A stretch of DNA of 63,102 nt, counting the filler, from Lenisia limosa (taxonomy: Eukaryota > Protista > Breviatea): assembly GCA_001655205.1 (NCBI GenBank). It is 8 parts of 8 records of this genome, joined end to end, with 100 filler letters (N's around TTAATTAATTAA, not from the genome) between each part and the next. Parts side by side here need not be neighbours in the genome. Positions count along the whole stretch, not along the records: positions 48,720 to 52,949 come from LPNZ01008284.1; positions 53,050 to 61,630 come from LPNZ01005417.1; positions 61,731 to 63,102 come from LPNZ01000621.1; 5 more parts are not named here. One strand, 5' to 3'. This document shows, one piece after another, positions 49,833 through 61,829 of this stretch (position 1 is the first letter of the stretch; each line of letters begins with the position of its first letter). The notes below the pieces were generated by a model that saw only the letters and a program-made list of their open reading frames with translations, made no database searches and had not been told where the DNA came from. A program made the position numbers and the translations under genes.

Positions 49833-52800
49833 ATGCAAGCTCTTGAAGACGATTGGGAGCGGATCAATTCAGGAAATGCTCAACCAGTAAGCTTTACAAG
49901 CTCTCTCAACTGGCCATGCTTTGAAATAATGATATTTAGGGAAATGAAGGCAAAACCTTTGATGATCTGAGGTCCTGCTGTCTTGCCGCATCTGGAGCAA
50001 TGGATGAGATCAAGTTGAGTGGGTCATAAGGCGTAGTGTGTATTCACTTCTCCACCAGCCCTTTACTCAAGAGGGATGATAGAGGGTCTGAATCTGCCGT
50101 CATTTAATATACTTTCATGATGAATGAAAGCTTCGGTCAAACTTTGTTTCGCGTTTATAATCAAACCACTCAACTTCAACATCCCCTTCCCCTGGCACTT
50201 TCTTTGTTCAACCAACCTTAAACCAAAATACCATTAGCGTTTTCTTTCTTTTCTGCTGTGTACACTTATCGTGGCAAGTCATGAAAGGCTGTTCTGAAGG
50301 GAAATCTTAGAATATCAGCATATCTCCCTCTTCTTTGTAAACACTGGTTTCCTTTGCCTTCGTTTGCTGATTGGAAGCTTACTAGTTACTGGTGCTTAAG
50401 ATCAAAGTTCACTCTAATTATTATATTTTCAAGGAGGCACATTGTACATGTTATCTGAATTATAATACCTGGTCCACTATATTTCACCATCAGCGGCGCA
50501 ACCCATTGCTGCATTACTTTTATTATCATTGAATTAGTGTCCACCCGCAGATAATACCGCATTTTTGCAGCAGTTGCCTTTGTCTTCTCTCACCTATCAG
50601 CGAATGCATGGAGGAAGCACCGAAGGGTGGAGGAGGTTTCTTTGGCTTGGGTGGAATGGTTTGATGGGATAAAAAGTAGATCTCGAAATCCTAAAAGGCT
50701 CTCTAACTATTTCGCTATATCCAGAAATGTAACTCTTTCTAGGCAGGCAAAAAGAAGGCAGGAAAGAGAGCTCCAAAGGTAAGGATGAATGATAATTTCA
50801 ACAACGCCAGGTGTTTCGATGCTCAACTTGTGTTCATTGTTGACTTAATTATCCTTCATTAGTGGCTGTTTTTTACTGTATAATTCTCCTTCGTTGAACC
50901 AATACCTTCCCCTTTTCCATTTCCAAGAATCCATGAAAGTCAGCCCAGCTCCTGCCCTGCTTGTTGCTGTCAGTTTTCCCCCTTTGTTTATACCTTGTCA
51001 AAACAAGACACTGTAGCTATTCTCCTGCATATTTGACATTTCTCACCTCCCAGCCAACCATGCATATTTGACATTTCTCACCTCCCAGCCAAGGAACCGA
51101 ATGGAAAGTTGTGTTGCAGGCCCCCCACCCCCTGCTGAATACAGAGACATTCCCGCTGCCAAGTACTGCTCCTCCGGAGTGCCGACAAGAGTGACTAAAG
51201 AAGTAAGCGTTGTGAAGATCATCATGAGTGTACTTGGCTATGTTGTGTTTATGATCTGGCCATTTTGCTGTGTTTTTGTCAATGCATCTTGAGGACCTAC
51301 TGTCTGCTTTCTGCTTTCTCACAAGTTTTAATTACTCTTCACTACACCATCTCTCCATTCTCTTAATTATCTCAGGTGTCCAAACAACTTTCCAAGTCTG
51401 ACAAAGCCAAACCAACCATCGTGTATGCTGTTGGGAAGGACGGAGAATTCTCTTGGAATACAACAAATGAAAGTGCCATAAATAGTGGTAAAGTATGATT
51501 TTGTGAAAGTCATGTATGATAGAGTAAGATAGTTTGTCATGTTTTAGAAAGCCGCCAAGCCAAGTTGGTGTCACCGGACAGTGTGTCATCAGACTTCCCC
51601 CTCTGTTCTATGTCCACAAGCTGGATATCAACACCAATGTCACTCGTAAGCAGATTTTTGTTTTACTTTCATTGTTATTGCAATGCTTTCGATTCTATTT
51701 CTCCCCATTTTCTGTTTCTCTTGAGATTCCTGCTTACAAGGAACTGGGAACGGGTTTTATTATCATTTTTAAGAATTAGAAAGACAGAAGTAAGTATTGA
51801 TTTACTAAAGAAAAAAGAAAAACTAATACACATTCTTTGCAACATTGACATCTTCAGACGTCATTTCAGGGCCGCAGTCGTTCACGCTGTTGGATCATGA
51901 AATGGTTGGTGGTGGTGGAGGGGGGGGGGGTAATNNNNNNNNNNNNNNNNNNNNNNNNNNNNNNNNNNNNNNNNNNNNNNNNNNNNNNNNNNNNNNNNNN
52001 NNNNNNNNNNNNNNNNNNNNNNNNNNNNNNNNNNNNGATTTTGACGGTTCTATTTTTCTTTGACATTTCCTTCGTTTTACTCCCCCAGATATCTGAGGGC
52101 CCTGAACCCATGGTAACTATTCCTCCCAATGAATATGTCCTTATCAAAAATCCTGCAGGTAAGAGGTTGGATACGATGATTGGAACTTTCAATACGCAAT
52201 TCACCTCATCTCAAAACCCTTCTAAGATAGTACTCAATTTACCTTATCCAGATATCAGCTTCTCTGATAACGGTGAGGTGACTGCTCAGGAAGATAAGCA
52301 ACACCAGGTGGGCGGTATGATAATATTGAGATTGGGGGGGGGGGGTATTTGNNNNNNNNNNNNNNNNNNNNNNNNNNNNNNNNNNNNNNNNNNNNNNNNN
52401 NNNNNNNNNNNNNNNNNNNNNNNNNNNNNNNNNNNNNNNNNNNNNNNNNNNNNNNNNNNNNNNNNNNNNNNNNNNNNNNNNNNNNNNNNNNNNNNNNNNN
52501 NNNNNNNNNNNNNNNNNNNNNNNNNNNNNNNNNNNNNNNNNNNNNNNNNNNNNNNNNNNNNGAATTGTCCCTGCGATAAAGTGAAGACGTTCTTGCACCA
52601 TCAGATTTGATTTTTTCCACTNNNNNNNNNNNNNNNNNNNNNNNNNNNNNNNNNNNNNNNNNNNNNNNNNNNNNNNNNNNNNNNNNNNNNNNNNNNNNNN
52701 NNNNNNNNNNNNNNNNNNNNNNNNNNNNNNNNNNNNNNNNNNNNNNNNNNNNNNNNNNNNNNNNNNNNNNNNNNNNNNNNNNNNNNNNNNNNNNNNNNNN

Positions 52801-52949
52801 NNNNNNNNNNNNNNNATGAGCGTAAATTTCACATAAATGGGCCAAAATATGATAGAAGATGTTAATAAATCAAGCAAATTTGACTCTTTCCTTTTGTGCC
52901 GTTCCAGAACGGTAAATGGGTTATTGACGCGGTATATACTTTAATCAGA
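49833..52949 (+). CDS. MVP: Major vault protein homologue (core from about 51556), apparently N-terminally extended; truncated by scaffold end
   Basis: CVIRLPPLFYVHKLDINTNVTR / VISGPQSFTLLDHE / ISEGPEPMVTIPPNEYVLIKNPA is the MVP repeat 1-2 pattern ([26 protein letters not shown]...MVTVPPRHY). Whether exons 49833-51490 belong to this gene is inferred. Confidence 0.75.
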
Positions 52950-54119
52950 NNNNNNNNNNNNNNNNNNNNNNNNNNNNNNNNNNNNNNNNNNNNTTAATTA
53001 ATTAANNNNNNNNNNNNNNNNNNNNNNNNNNNNNNNNNNNNNNNNNNNNGAATCGAATAATCTGAAACGAGGGGGTAGGATAAATATTTATTGCTATCGT
53101 CTTACAATTTCTGTATGCTGGGGAGGCACACAGAAAGTGATTGAGTGAATTAATATTTTGCTTTTAGACTTTTTTCCTCTATTGAATTCTAAGGATAAAG
53201 GGTGAAAATAAGGGGGAATACCTCAAAATACATATATTTTCAAGTCTTGTGTAGGATATATTATGTAATTTGTGGTTACCTAATATTACAATAATACAAT
53301 GTCATTGCGCATAGCTTTGACTTCTGTTTGCCAATGGTATTATTCCATTGACACTATGTCTGTACTCCATTAATCTGTCAACACTGTCTTGTGAAGGATC
53401 CCGGAAAATGCATCATAGAGGTTTTCTCCCTAATATTCTACTGTTCTTTATTTTATTCTTTTTACCCTGATTTGCGTATTTATATCATTGAATCAATTGT
53501 TTAATTCTTAGGCATCCCCCCTCCTCCCCTCCTCTTTTTTGTTTTTTGAAATTTCCATTCGTCACCTGCTTCACTTATTGTTAGATTTTGACAAGGCGTT
53601 CCTGACTGAGAGACACGCTCTATCCCCGCGACCGCATCCATTTGTCTTCAACAACCCATCCCCTTCTAAAGGTATGGGGATATCTTATGTATGTATTAGG
53701 CTTCACTTCGGTTTGGGAAAATATTGATAGTTTTCGAGGATTTATCGAGAAATTCAGTCTTTTTTCGAACGAGCCGTAGTATGTACACAAAGTTGTAAGG
53801 CAAATGATTGGGTGAAATAATATGACGGGAAGGCAGAAAGATGTATGTATTTCCACGCTATCACATTTAAAATTCAGCCTTTAGTTTGAAACTTAAAGGT
53901 AAGATCTCGTATATCATATTAACTGCTCTCTATTATCAGGGATTTATTTTTGATTCGTACTATTATTCTCAGTAAATCCTCCGTATTTCGAAACCCTCAA
54001 CTATTTATTCCCAATTTGAATCCATTTTTAGAACAGGGTGGATTTACAATATTGGGGCCTTTTTTGACTCTCTTTTTCTCCTAATTGGTTAGTCTCTTCA
54101 ATTCCTGAACCCCATGACA

Positions 54120-57100
54120 CCCCAACAAGCTCTATCGGCGATTCCATCCTTGATCAACTGCCCACAATACCAACGAAAGAAGAAATCCCACCAGAGATTC
54201 CGTTGAGTTCCAATGAGACTTCTCAAGGGGCACTCGATCAAAAAGCATCCGTTGCAATTGAACAACAGATATCAGAAACAATTGAACAGGAATCCTTGAC
54301 GAACCCTCCCTTAAATGTTTCTTCGCCACCGTTAGGACTTCTCCAAGCGGCTGATGATGTTGCCAGCCTTGAATCGTCGTTCACTCCAGAAGAACCTGAG
54401 CATTCAGAAGAATTGAAGATTGAAACGTCATGCGCAGAATTGCTGGAGCAAAATCCCTCAACGACAGAAGAAAAGCAAGATATTCCCCAGACTGATGAAA
54501 AGCAAGATATTCCCCAGACTGAAGAAGTGCCTGATATCCCCCAGACTGATGAAAAGCAAAATGTCCTAAACGCAGAAGGAAAAGATGATAATCTTATCAA
54601 GGACGTAAAGGAAGATTCCCCAAAGTCAAATGAAAAGGCAGATATTCCTCAGACTGAAGAAAAAGAAAATTACTTGATGGAAGCAAAGAAGGTCTCTAAT
54701 CAAAAGGAAGATATCCCAAAGGCAAAAGAAAAGGAAGATCCACTTCAACCCGAGGAAACATCGGAGGTTGAACCCCTGTTGGTACCATCAGCGCATCCTG
54801 ACACCAGTCCTATCCCTTCTAAGACGATTCCCCTTATCCCGTCTGAAAGTCCTCTTTTCCCGTCTGACAGTCCTCTTATCCCCTCTAAGACGATTCCATT
54901 TATCCCTTCCGAGACGATTCCTCTCGGTGCTTCTGCCGGCATTACCCCTGCTATTGGACAGACAGCAGCAGTTGAAGAGCTCGATGCTACCACCCGTGCG
55001 GAAAGTCCTGTGCCCACCCGTGCCGACAGTCCTGAGCCCTCCCCTACAAGGTATGTATGGTAGGACTTTTGTTTTTGGGGGGAGGGAGCTCGAATATATG
55101 ATATTTACAATTGGTAAACATCAGTGACCGGATAAGTCTTGACCTTCTGAGTGATTTTCCAAGGAAAATAGGGCAAGACTTATCTCGGTCACTGTACAGT
55201 AGTGTATCATTTGATACGGAAACGCTAAGGTAAGATGAAAGGGATCAGCACAAAGGATAGACTGATTTGTGGTCCGGCTATCATCACTTAAAGATTGAAT
55301 GGGCAAGTATGGCGTTGTTTATACGGCTTCACTTCGGTCTGAATTTCTCATAAAATCCTCGAAACCCGACATTTTCACGGTCTTTTTCGAACCGAGTGAA
55401 GCTACCATTTTATTCTATTATCTGGGGGTGTAAGCACAGCTAAAAGCTCCCAAATGAGCTACCTTTTATCCTCTTCCCAGGACTCAGTATAAACACTGGG
55501 GTCATGATATATCTATCATTCCACTTTTTGGGTCATTTTCACACATGAACTATCATTTTCCACATAGTGTTATGATACGTCGTCTCCATGTCATAATTGA
55601 TCGACAAGTCTCATTGATACTCTGATACACTCGGGATGAACCCTCGTGTTATCTTCGTTCATTATTTCATTCATATGATCATATCACTAGTTCAAAATTC
55701 TGTTGAGCATCATCGTCGCTGTTGTTACTGTGTAGGATGACAACCAGGAGAGCTGCAAGGGCAAGACGTGAATCCATTGGTATGGGGAGGGGCCAAGATT
55801 AAAGAAAAAATGGACAAGATCAAGGATTTATCGAGAAAGTCGGTCTTTTTTTTGAACCAAAATGAAGCCCAAGTTGGAACCCATGCTGGGGTCTAGTAGG
55901 ATGGTTCGTAACATTTTGATCCCGAGGCAATACATTAAAAAAACAATGAGAAATGAAAAATAAGGATGTATCTGGCCGAACAGTCCATACCGAAACGCTA
56001 AGATATATTGGATAACAGCATATCATTTTAAAAAGAGTATTATACCATACTGAATTCAATATGATATGCATACTACTACTACTACTTGTTTTCGGATGCG
56101 TGTTTTTGAAACCATAATGGTGAAGGGGAGGGGGGTCCTTTGCCCTTTTTTTCTATATTTCCAGTAGTACTCTTTCTTCTTCTTATTACCACTTTTATAA
56201 CATTCAGGGAACATTTTTTTTTTTTACTTTGCAGCCCAACCGATCAAGCCTCAAACTGAACAACTGCCACTACCAAAACCAACATTGATGGATAAGAAGA
56301 GTGAACAGAAAGCTAAGATTGTCAAGAAAAGTGAGAAGAAAGCGAAGATGGTTAAGCAGGTTGAGACACCTAAGATGGTTAAGCAAGTTGAGACACCTAA
56401 GATGGTTTGGCAAGTTGAGACACCATATAGGCGCACGCGTAACTCTCAAGGAAGCCTTACGCGAATCCAGGTTCTTTGGGCAAGATTGCTTAATTATATC
56501 TTAAAATTTTCAAAATATCAGATTATCAACATAATTAGGATCATATTGCTTTTCAAACTATTGAATTAAACCTGGGGGAAAATGAGCTTGGTTAATTTTC
56601 ACAAGTGTTTGAAATGATATTTTCGTATGAATATTGTTCTGAAATCTGACCTTCAAAATCAAATCCACATAATAACATCCCTAGGTACTTCAGCAAGAAA
56701 TTGACGATATGAAACTGCAGCTCTCTGCAGATAAGAGGTTCAAAACCAAAAAGTCCAGGGAAGAGATGCCTAGGCTTGAGAAAAAGATCCAAGAAAGCGA
56801 AGAGCTTCTGTTTAAAATGATTGAAGAAGGGGAAAGGAGGGACACTTGTGAGAGCGGCGTTGAAGAGAACGAAGTAGTGAAGAAGATTGAGGAAGAAGAA
56901 AGAAATGAAGAAGATAAGCAATATGAAGAGGAAAAGAAGAAAAAGGTAGAAGAAAGGAAGATAAAGCAAGAAGAGAAAAAAAGAAAGAAGAAGAAAGAAG
57001 AAGAGAAAAGAAAAGAAGAGGGAAAGAAGTTGAAGGAAGAAGAAAAAAAGAGAAAAGAAGAAGATAGGAAGAAGAAGTTAGAAAGAAAGACAAAGGAAGA

Positions 57101-59640
57101 GGAGATCAAAAGAAAAGAAGAAATGGAGATAAAAGAAGAAGAGAAGAGAAGAAGAGAAGAAGAATCAATTAAAGAAGAAGGAAAGATGAACATTGAAGAA
57201 GCGAAGAGGAATGAAGAAGAGAAGAGAAGAGAAGAAAAAGTTGAAGAAGAGAAGAAGGAACAAGAGAAAAAGAGGGAAGAAGAAGAGAAGAAGAAAAAAG
57301 ATAGAAAGAGGGAAGAAGAGAAGAAGGAGGAAGAAGTAAAGAAAAGAATAGTAGTAGAACTGAGAAGAATTGAAGAAAAGAAGAAGGAAGAAGAAAAGAA
57401 AAAGCGGGAAGAAGAGAAAAAGAAAAGAAAGAGAGAGAAAAGAAAGGAAAAGAAAAAGGAAAAGAGGAAGAATAAGAAAAAGAAGAAGCAAGAAGAAGAG
57501 AGGCAGAAAACAGTCGTAGTCAGGCTGGCGACGTCACCAGAACCCAATAAGACTAAGGACTTACCTGCTGAAATGGTAACGCCATTGAAACCAACTCAAA
57601 TCCCTAGTAACTCCCCGGTCGTTAGAATGACGTTATCACCACGTCGAGACAAAAATGACACACAAAATGACCAACCGTCCATGCCAACCCCTTTCAAGGG
57701 ACCAGGATTTCCCTCTCCGAAAACCTGTGGAAGCATCAGGGTTACTGAGAACATAGATCATTCAGAAGTCTTGCTGAGTGAGCGTGCGAATATTGAGGAA
57801 AGAGAGAGAAAAGTGAAACAACGAGAGGGCGTCATGGATAAAAAAGAGGCCGATTTTGAGGCTGAAATGAAGAGGAGAAGGGAAGATCTTGATAAGAGAG
57901 AATACGATTGTCGCAGGAGAGAAGCAGATATTCAAGAAAGAGAATACGAACTTCAAAAGAAAGAAAGAGAGTATCGGAAAGCAGAAGGCAACAGGAAGCG
58001 TATGGCTACCCGGTTAGAGAAGGATAGGAAGAAGTTCAGGGAATTGAAAGGTTTTTGGGGTTGCTTTTTGAATAACACAAAACATTTTACCCAATCTAAT
58101 CTAGGAATACATAAAAAAAAAAAAAAACACTCATTATTTTGTGTTGTTTATCCAATTCATGAGGTGTTTGTAGATATAATTAATCATGAGACAGTAATGA
58201 AATACCCATCTCACTCACCACAAGAGGATTCCACGCGGTTTGAATTTTATTGTGAAAATTTTGAAGTATGAGAATTTTATTGGCGACCGTAGCGAAACCC
58301 GGGCTAAAATCCCCAAATCACCCAGGACTGACCCTTCGATTTTTAATATGATAGTATTTCTCTAGTTCCAAAAAAACTTGACCCTTCTGTAACACATTAG
58401 GAAAGCGCCCTGCTCTGGCTCCTTCAACTGCCCCCAAGCGGGCTAGGAAATCGAGGGATGAGGTTTGTGGGGTAGAATACAGTGACCGCGATAGGACCTA
58501 AGGCAAATGAATGATTGGTAAATTATTGTATAACAAAACTATAATCCAATATCTCTTATTATATAAGTTATGGTGTGGACGGCTTCGGCCAGATACTATA
58601 ATCCAGNNNNNNNNNNCTATAATCCAATATCTCTGATAAGCTATGGTGTGGACGGCTTCGGTCCGATACCACCTGTCTTTAATGATGTATTATATTTTCC
58701 AAAATCGTTTCCTTGTTCCTTTTTCCATGTTTGTTTTTTTAAAAAACCTATTTTAGGATGACTCGGAAGCAGATGACTTCATCGAGGGTCATGACAGAGC
58801 GATGCAGCAAGAGGAAAGGAAGGAAGAGGAGGAAAAGAAGAAAGAGGAAAAGAAGAAAGAGGAAAAGAAGGAAGAGGAAAAGAAGAAAGAGGAAAAGAAG
58901 GAAGAGAAAGACGAAATAAAAGAAAGAGAAAAGTTAGAGGGAGAAGAAAAGTTGGAGGAAAGCAAGGAAGAAAAAGAAGCCATGGAGCCATCGGACGTCC
59001 TCTCCCGTTCCGAAGACATCTTAATGTCAGTCCAAGATGGCAAATTCTCTCCCCTCACCATTGCCTATAATGAACAAGTACGCGGATTTTGGGGGGGGTT
59101 TTTTGCTTTATATTACTTCGGGGAATTTACACGTGTGTGAAATATCATATCACTTTTTATCATTTCCCACGCAATGATATGATTCCTCATATCTACTCTT
59201 GTGATGATTGATTGACAAGTCTTGATGATACTAATACACCCACCTAGGGCTTCACTTCGGTTCGAAAAAAGACTGAATTTTTCGATAAATCTTTGAAAAC
59301 TATCGATATTTTACCGGTCTTTTTCGAGCCTAAGTGAAGTCCTACCCTATTACTTCCACACTTACATTCAAGGTCTCACCGCATCCCATTACTTTGACAT
59401 TCAAGGACTCACCGCATCCTATTACTTTGACACTCACATTCAAGGACTCACCGCATCCTATTACTTTGACACTTACATTCAAGGACTCACCGCATCCCAT
59501 TACTTTGACACTCACATTCAAGGACTCACCGCATCCCATTACTTTGACACTTACATTCAAGGACTCACCGCATCCTATTACTTTGTCGAAAACCGCCCTC
59601 CCAGAATGGACCCGATGCTCTCCTTCAATACGTGACGAAC
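54120..59640 (+). CDS. Very large low-complexity acidic and Glu/Lys-rich coiled-coil protein (partial, multi-exon)
   Basis: Long open exons at 54130-55050 (E/P/D-rich, DIPQTEE repeats), 56235-56470 (KMVKQVETP x3), 56686-58050 (E/K/R-rich helix) and 58758-59076. Confidence 0.75.
59345..59585. repeat. Intronic minisatellite, 39-bp unit, about 6 copies, directly abutting a MITE-A copy
   Basis: AAGGACTCACCGCATCC(C/T)ATTACTTTGACAC(T/C)(T/C)ACATTC repeated in tandem. Confidence 0.9.
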
Positions 59641-61462
59641 TGCTGGTAGGGGTTGGGGTAAGGCTTCATTTTGGTTCGGGAAAATATCGATAATTTTTGA
59701 GGATTTATCTAAATTTTGGTAAAAAAAAAACGAAGGAAATTATCGAATTTATCGAGAACAGTCTTTTTTCGGACCAGAAGTGAAGCCCTAAAATAATTTA
59801 CCCATAGGCATTCTTCTGTTTCCNNNNNNNNNNNNNNNNNNNNNNNNNNNNNNNNNNNNNNNNNNNNNNNNNNNNNNNNNNNNNNNNNNNNNNNNNNNNN
59901 NNNNNNNNNNNNNNNNNNNNNNNNNNNNNNNNNATTACAAGTATAATTACCATGCTACCTTCAATCTCAAATTCTAGTCCTCGTGTTTTTTTTTGTTTTG
60001 TTTTTTTGTTTTAAACCCTTGCGTGCTTTCCAAATACTTAGTTTACAAAGTTGATTTTGGCTTTTTGGTTTCATACACTCATTATAGTTTTTTTTTTGTA
60101 CTACCTTTTAATTTTTCGATATTCACTCCCCAGGATCCTCTTCCCGAATTCTGCAATGCCTCTGATACTGCCCCCCAAAGCTGCGATATTGAGACTTTTA
60201 AGGAGCCGATTTCCTGTGCGTTTTCTGAGGGTTCACGTGAGCGGCGGTGCGATATGGTTTTTTCACTTCGGTTCGATTAAATCCAGTAAAATATCGATAA
60301 TTTTCGAGGATTTATCGAGAGTTTCAGTATTTTTTTCGAACCGAAGTGAAGCCCTAGATATGGTTGCTGTTGCCCATACTCCTATGTACTCCAGAATGGT
60401 AATTGTTAATTGCACCATTGTTCCCGCAAATCCCATTTTGTAATTGTTTCTCACACAGTGTTTCCCTATTTGGTAATTGTTTCCTCTGTATGTTCCCCCC
60501 AGATAGTAGTTGTTTCTCTGTGCCCCTGGGGAAAAGGAATTTCACATTTCATAATTTTTATTAAAATATTGATTATAGTAGATCGATATACTACTGTTAA
60601 CTCTCCGAGTCATTTTACTCTGTCCCTAGAGTTCTGCATACCTCTCTTGCTTAATTCACCTAATCATTTATCTCACAACTCAAGTATAGTGAACGGGATT
60701 AGCCGTGACCGATTTACTATGTGATTATTTCCCAAGGAAAATCGGTCAAGACTCATCCCGGTCAGTATAGGTGTAGGTCCTGAATTAAGTCATAGATTCG
60801 AATTAATTACTTAATTCAGAACCTTGAGCATATGATTAAATAGCCTCAAACTAACTACCCCTATATCCCTTAAGGCCGACTCTGGGCTTCACTTTCTTCT
60901 TCTGTTTCCTTTCTCCACTCTTCCAACTAACCCCTCTCCTTCACCTCTTTTTGATACTTTGTGTCACTTCGGTTCAAAAAAGGATGAATGTGTCGATAAA
61001 TCGTTGGGAAAACAATCGATATTTTCCCAAGTTTTTTCGAACCGAACTGAAGCCCTCGGAATACCTTAACTTCCCGCTCTTTGATTATTATTTTTTGAAC
61101 AAGAGCACATTAGAAATCTAGGGAAACAAATAAATACATAAGGATACCATAAACATGCCTCCGCGCTAGCCAAACTAATTACCTCAAACTAACTCCGCTT
61201 CTAGGAATTGCGTCTGCTTCATGGATGGAAGCGGGAGTGTAGGGGGGGGGGGGNNNNNNNNNNNNNNNNNNNNNNNNNNNNNNNNNNNNNNNNNNNNNNN
61301 NNNNNNNNNNNNNNNNNNNNNNNNNNNNNNNNNNNNNNNNNNNNNNNNNNNNNNNNNNTTAGGAAATATTGAATCAGGAGTGTTGGGACGTTTAAATACC
61401 AGAAAGATATCCGAAATCGCAATAAACCTTCCTAATAAGTCAAGTTCTGACCTTCCTCTTAG

Positions 61463-61630
61463 GGTAATCCCGCGGGGTGCCCCCGTCCGTCGTGGCCGAA
61501 CGAAGCCCTATCAAGAACTACATGCAGGGTACAATCAAGACGCTGGCAGAGTGACATTGCCTAGACTGGGCCGGCCGTGGGCTTCCGTTGTAATTGCGGA
61601 TGGCCATGGTTATGACGATACTGCTCAGAT
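61463..61630 (+). CDS. Start of a PP2C/PPM-type phosphatase-like domain (fragment; may belong to the upstream coiled-coil gene)
   Basis: HAGYNQDAGRVTLPRLGRPWASVVIADGHGYDDTAQ contains NQD and the ADGHG metal-binding motif. Cut by the scaffold end. Confidence 0.5.
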
Positions 61631-61829
61631 NNNNNNNNNNNNNNNNNNNNNNNNNNNNNNNNNNNNNNNNNNNNTTAATTAATTAANNNNNNNNNNNNNN
61701 NNNNNNNNNNNNNNNNNNNNNNNNNNNNNNCCCCCCCCCCCCCTTTACTTTTGTTCAAAAACGTTATTATGTTAAGAGTGATCCAAAATTTTATTTGAGC
61801 GCCGGCTGCGATGTTGTTTGACCTAGTAG

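Noticed and set aside
51068-51292. 74-aa ORF with a TM segment as a separate small membrane protein
   Set aside because: The hydrophobic half follows a strong GTAAG donor (GAA|gtaagc) and is more likely intron read-through of an exon upstream of MVP.
10786-52877. Long ORFs in the track containing X runs (e.g. 10786-11355, 40399-40962, 52239-52877)
   Set aside because: They are open only because N gaps contain no stop codons.
56690-57547. Phe/Ser/Leu-rich minus-strand ORFs (also 57165-57491 and 58789-59061) as membrane proteins
   Set aside because: They are antisense shadows of the GAA/AAG-rich coding strand.
1846-59585. 32-, 45-, 24- and 39-bp repeat arrays as CRISPR arrays
   Set aside because: Units are head-to-tail with no unique spacers, there are no cas genes, and the context is eukaryotic and intronic.
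34843-60356. MITE-A as an introner (intron-generating element)
   Set aside because: In the copies I could place, splice sites lie outside the TIR/TSD. The elements sit within larger pre-existing introns rather than defining intron ends.
30430-61686. Recurring palindromic TTAATTAATTAA as a biological motif
   Set aside because: Always centred in symmetric N padding and encodes stops in six frames, so it is an artificial contig linker. Adjacency across these points has no biological meaning.
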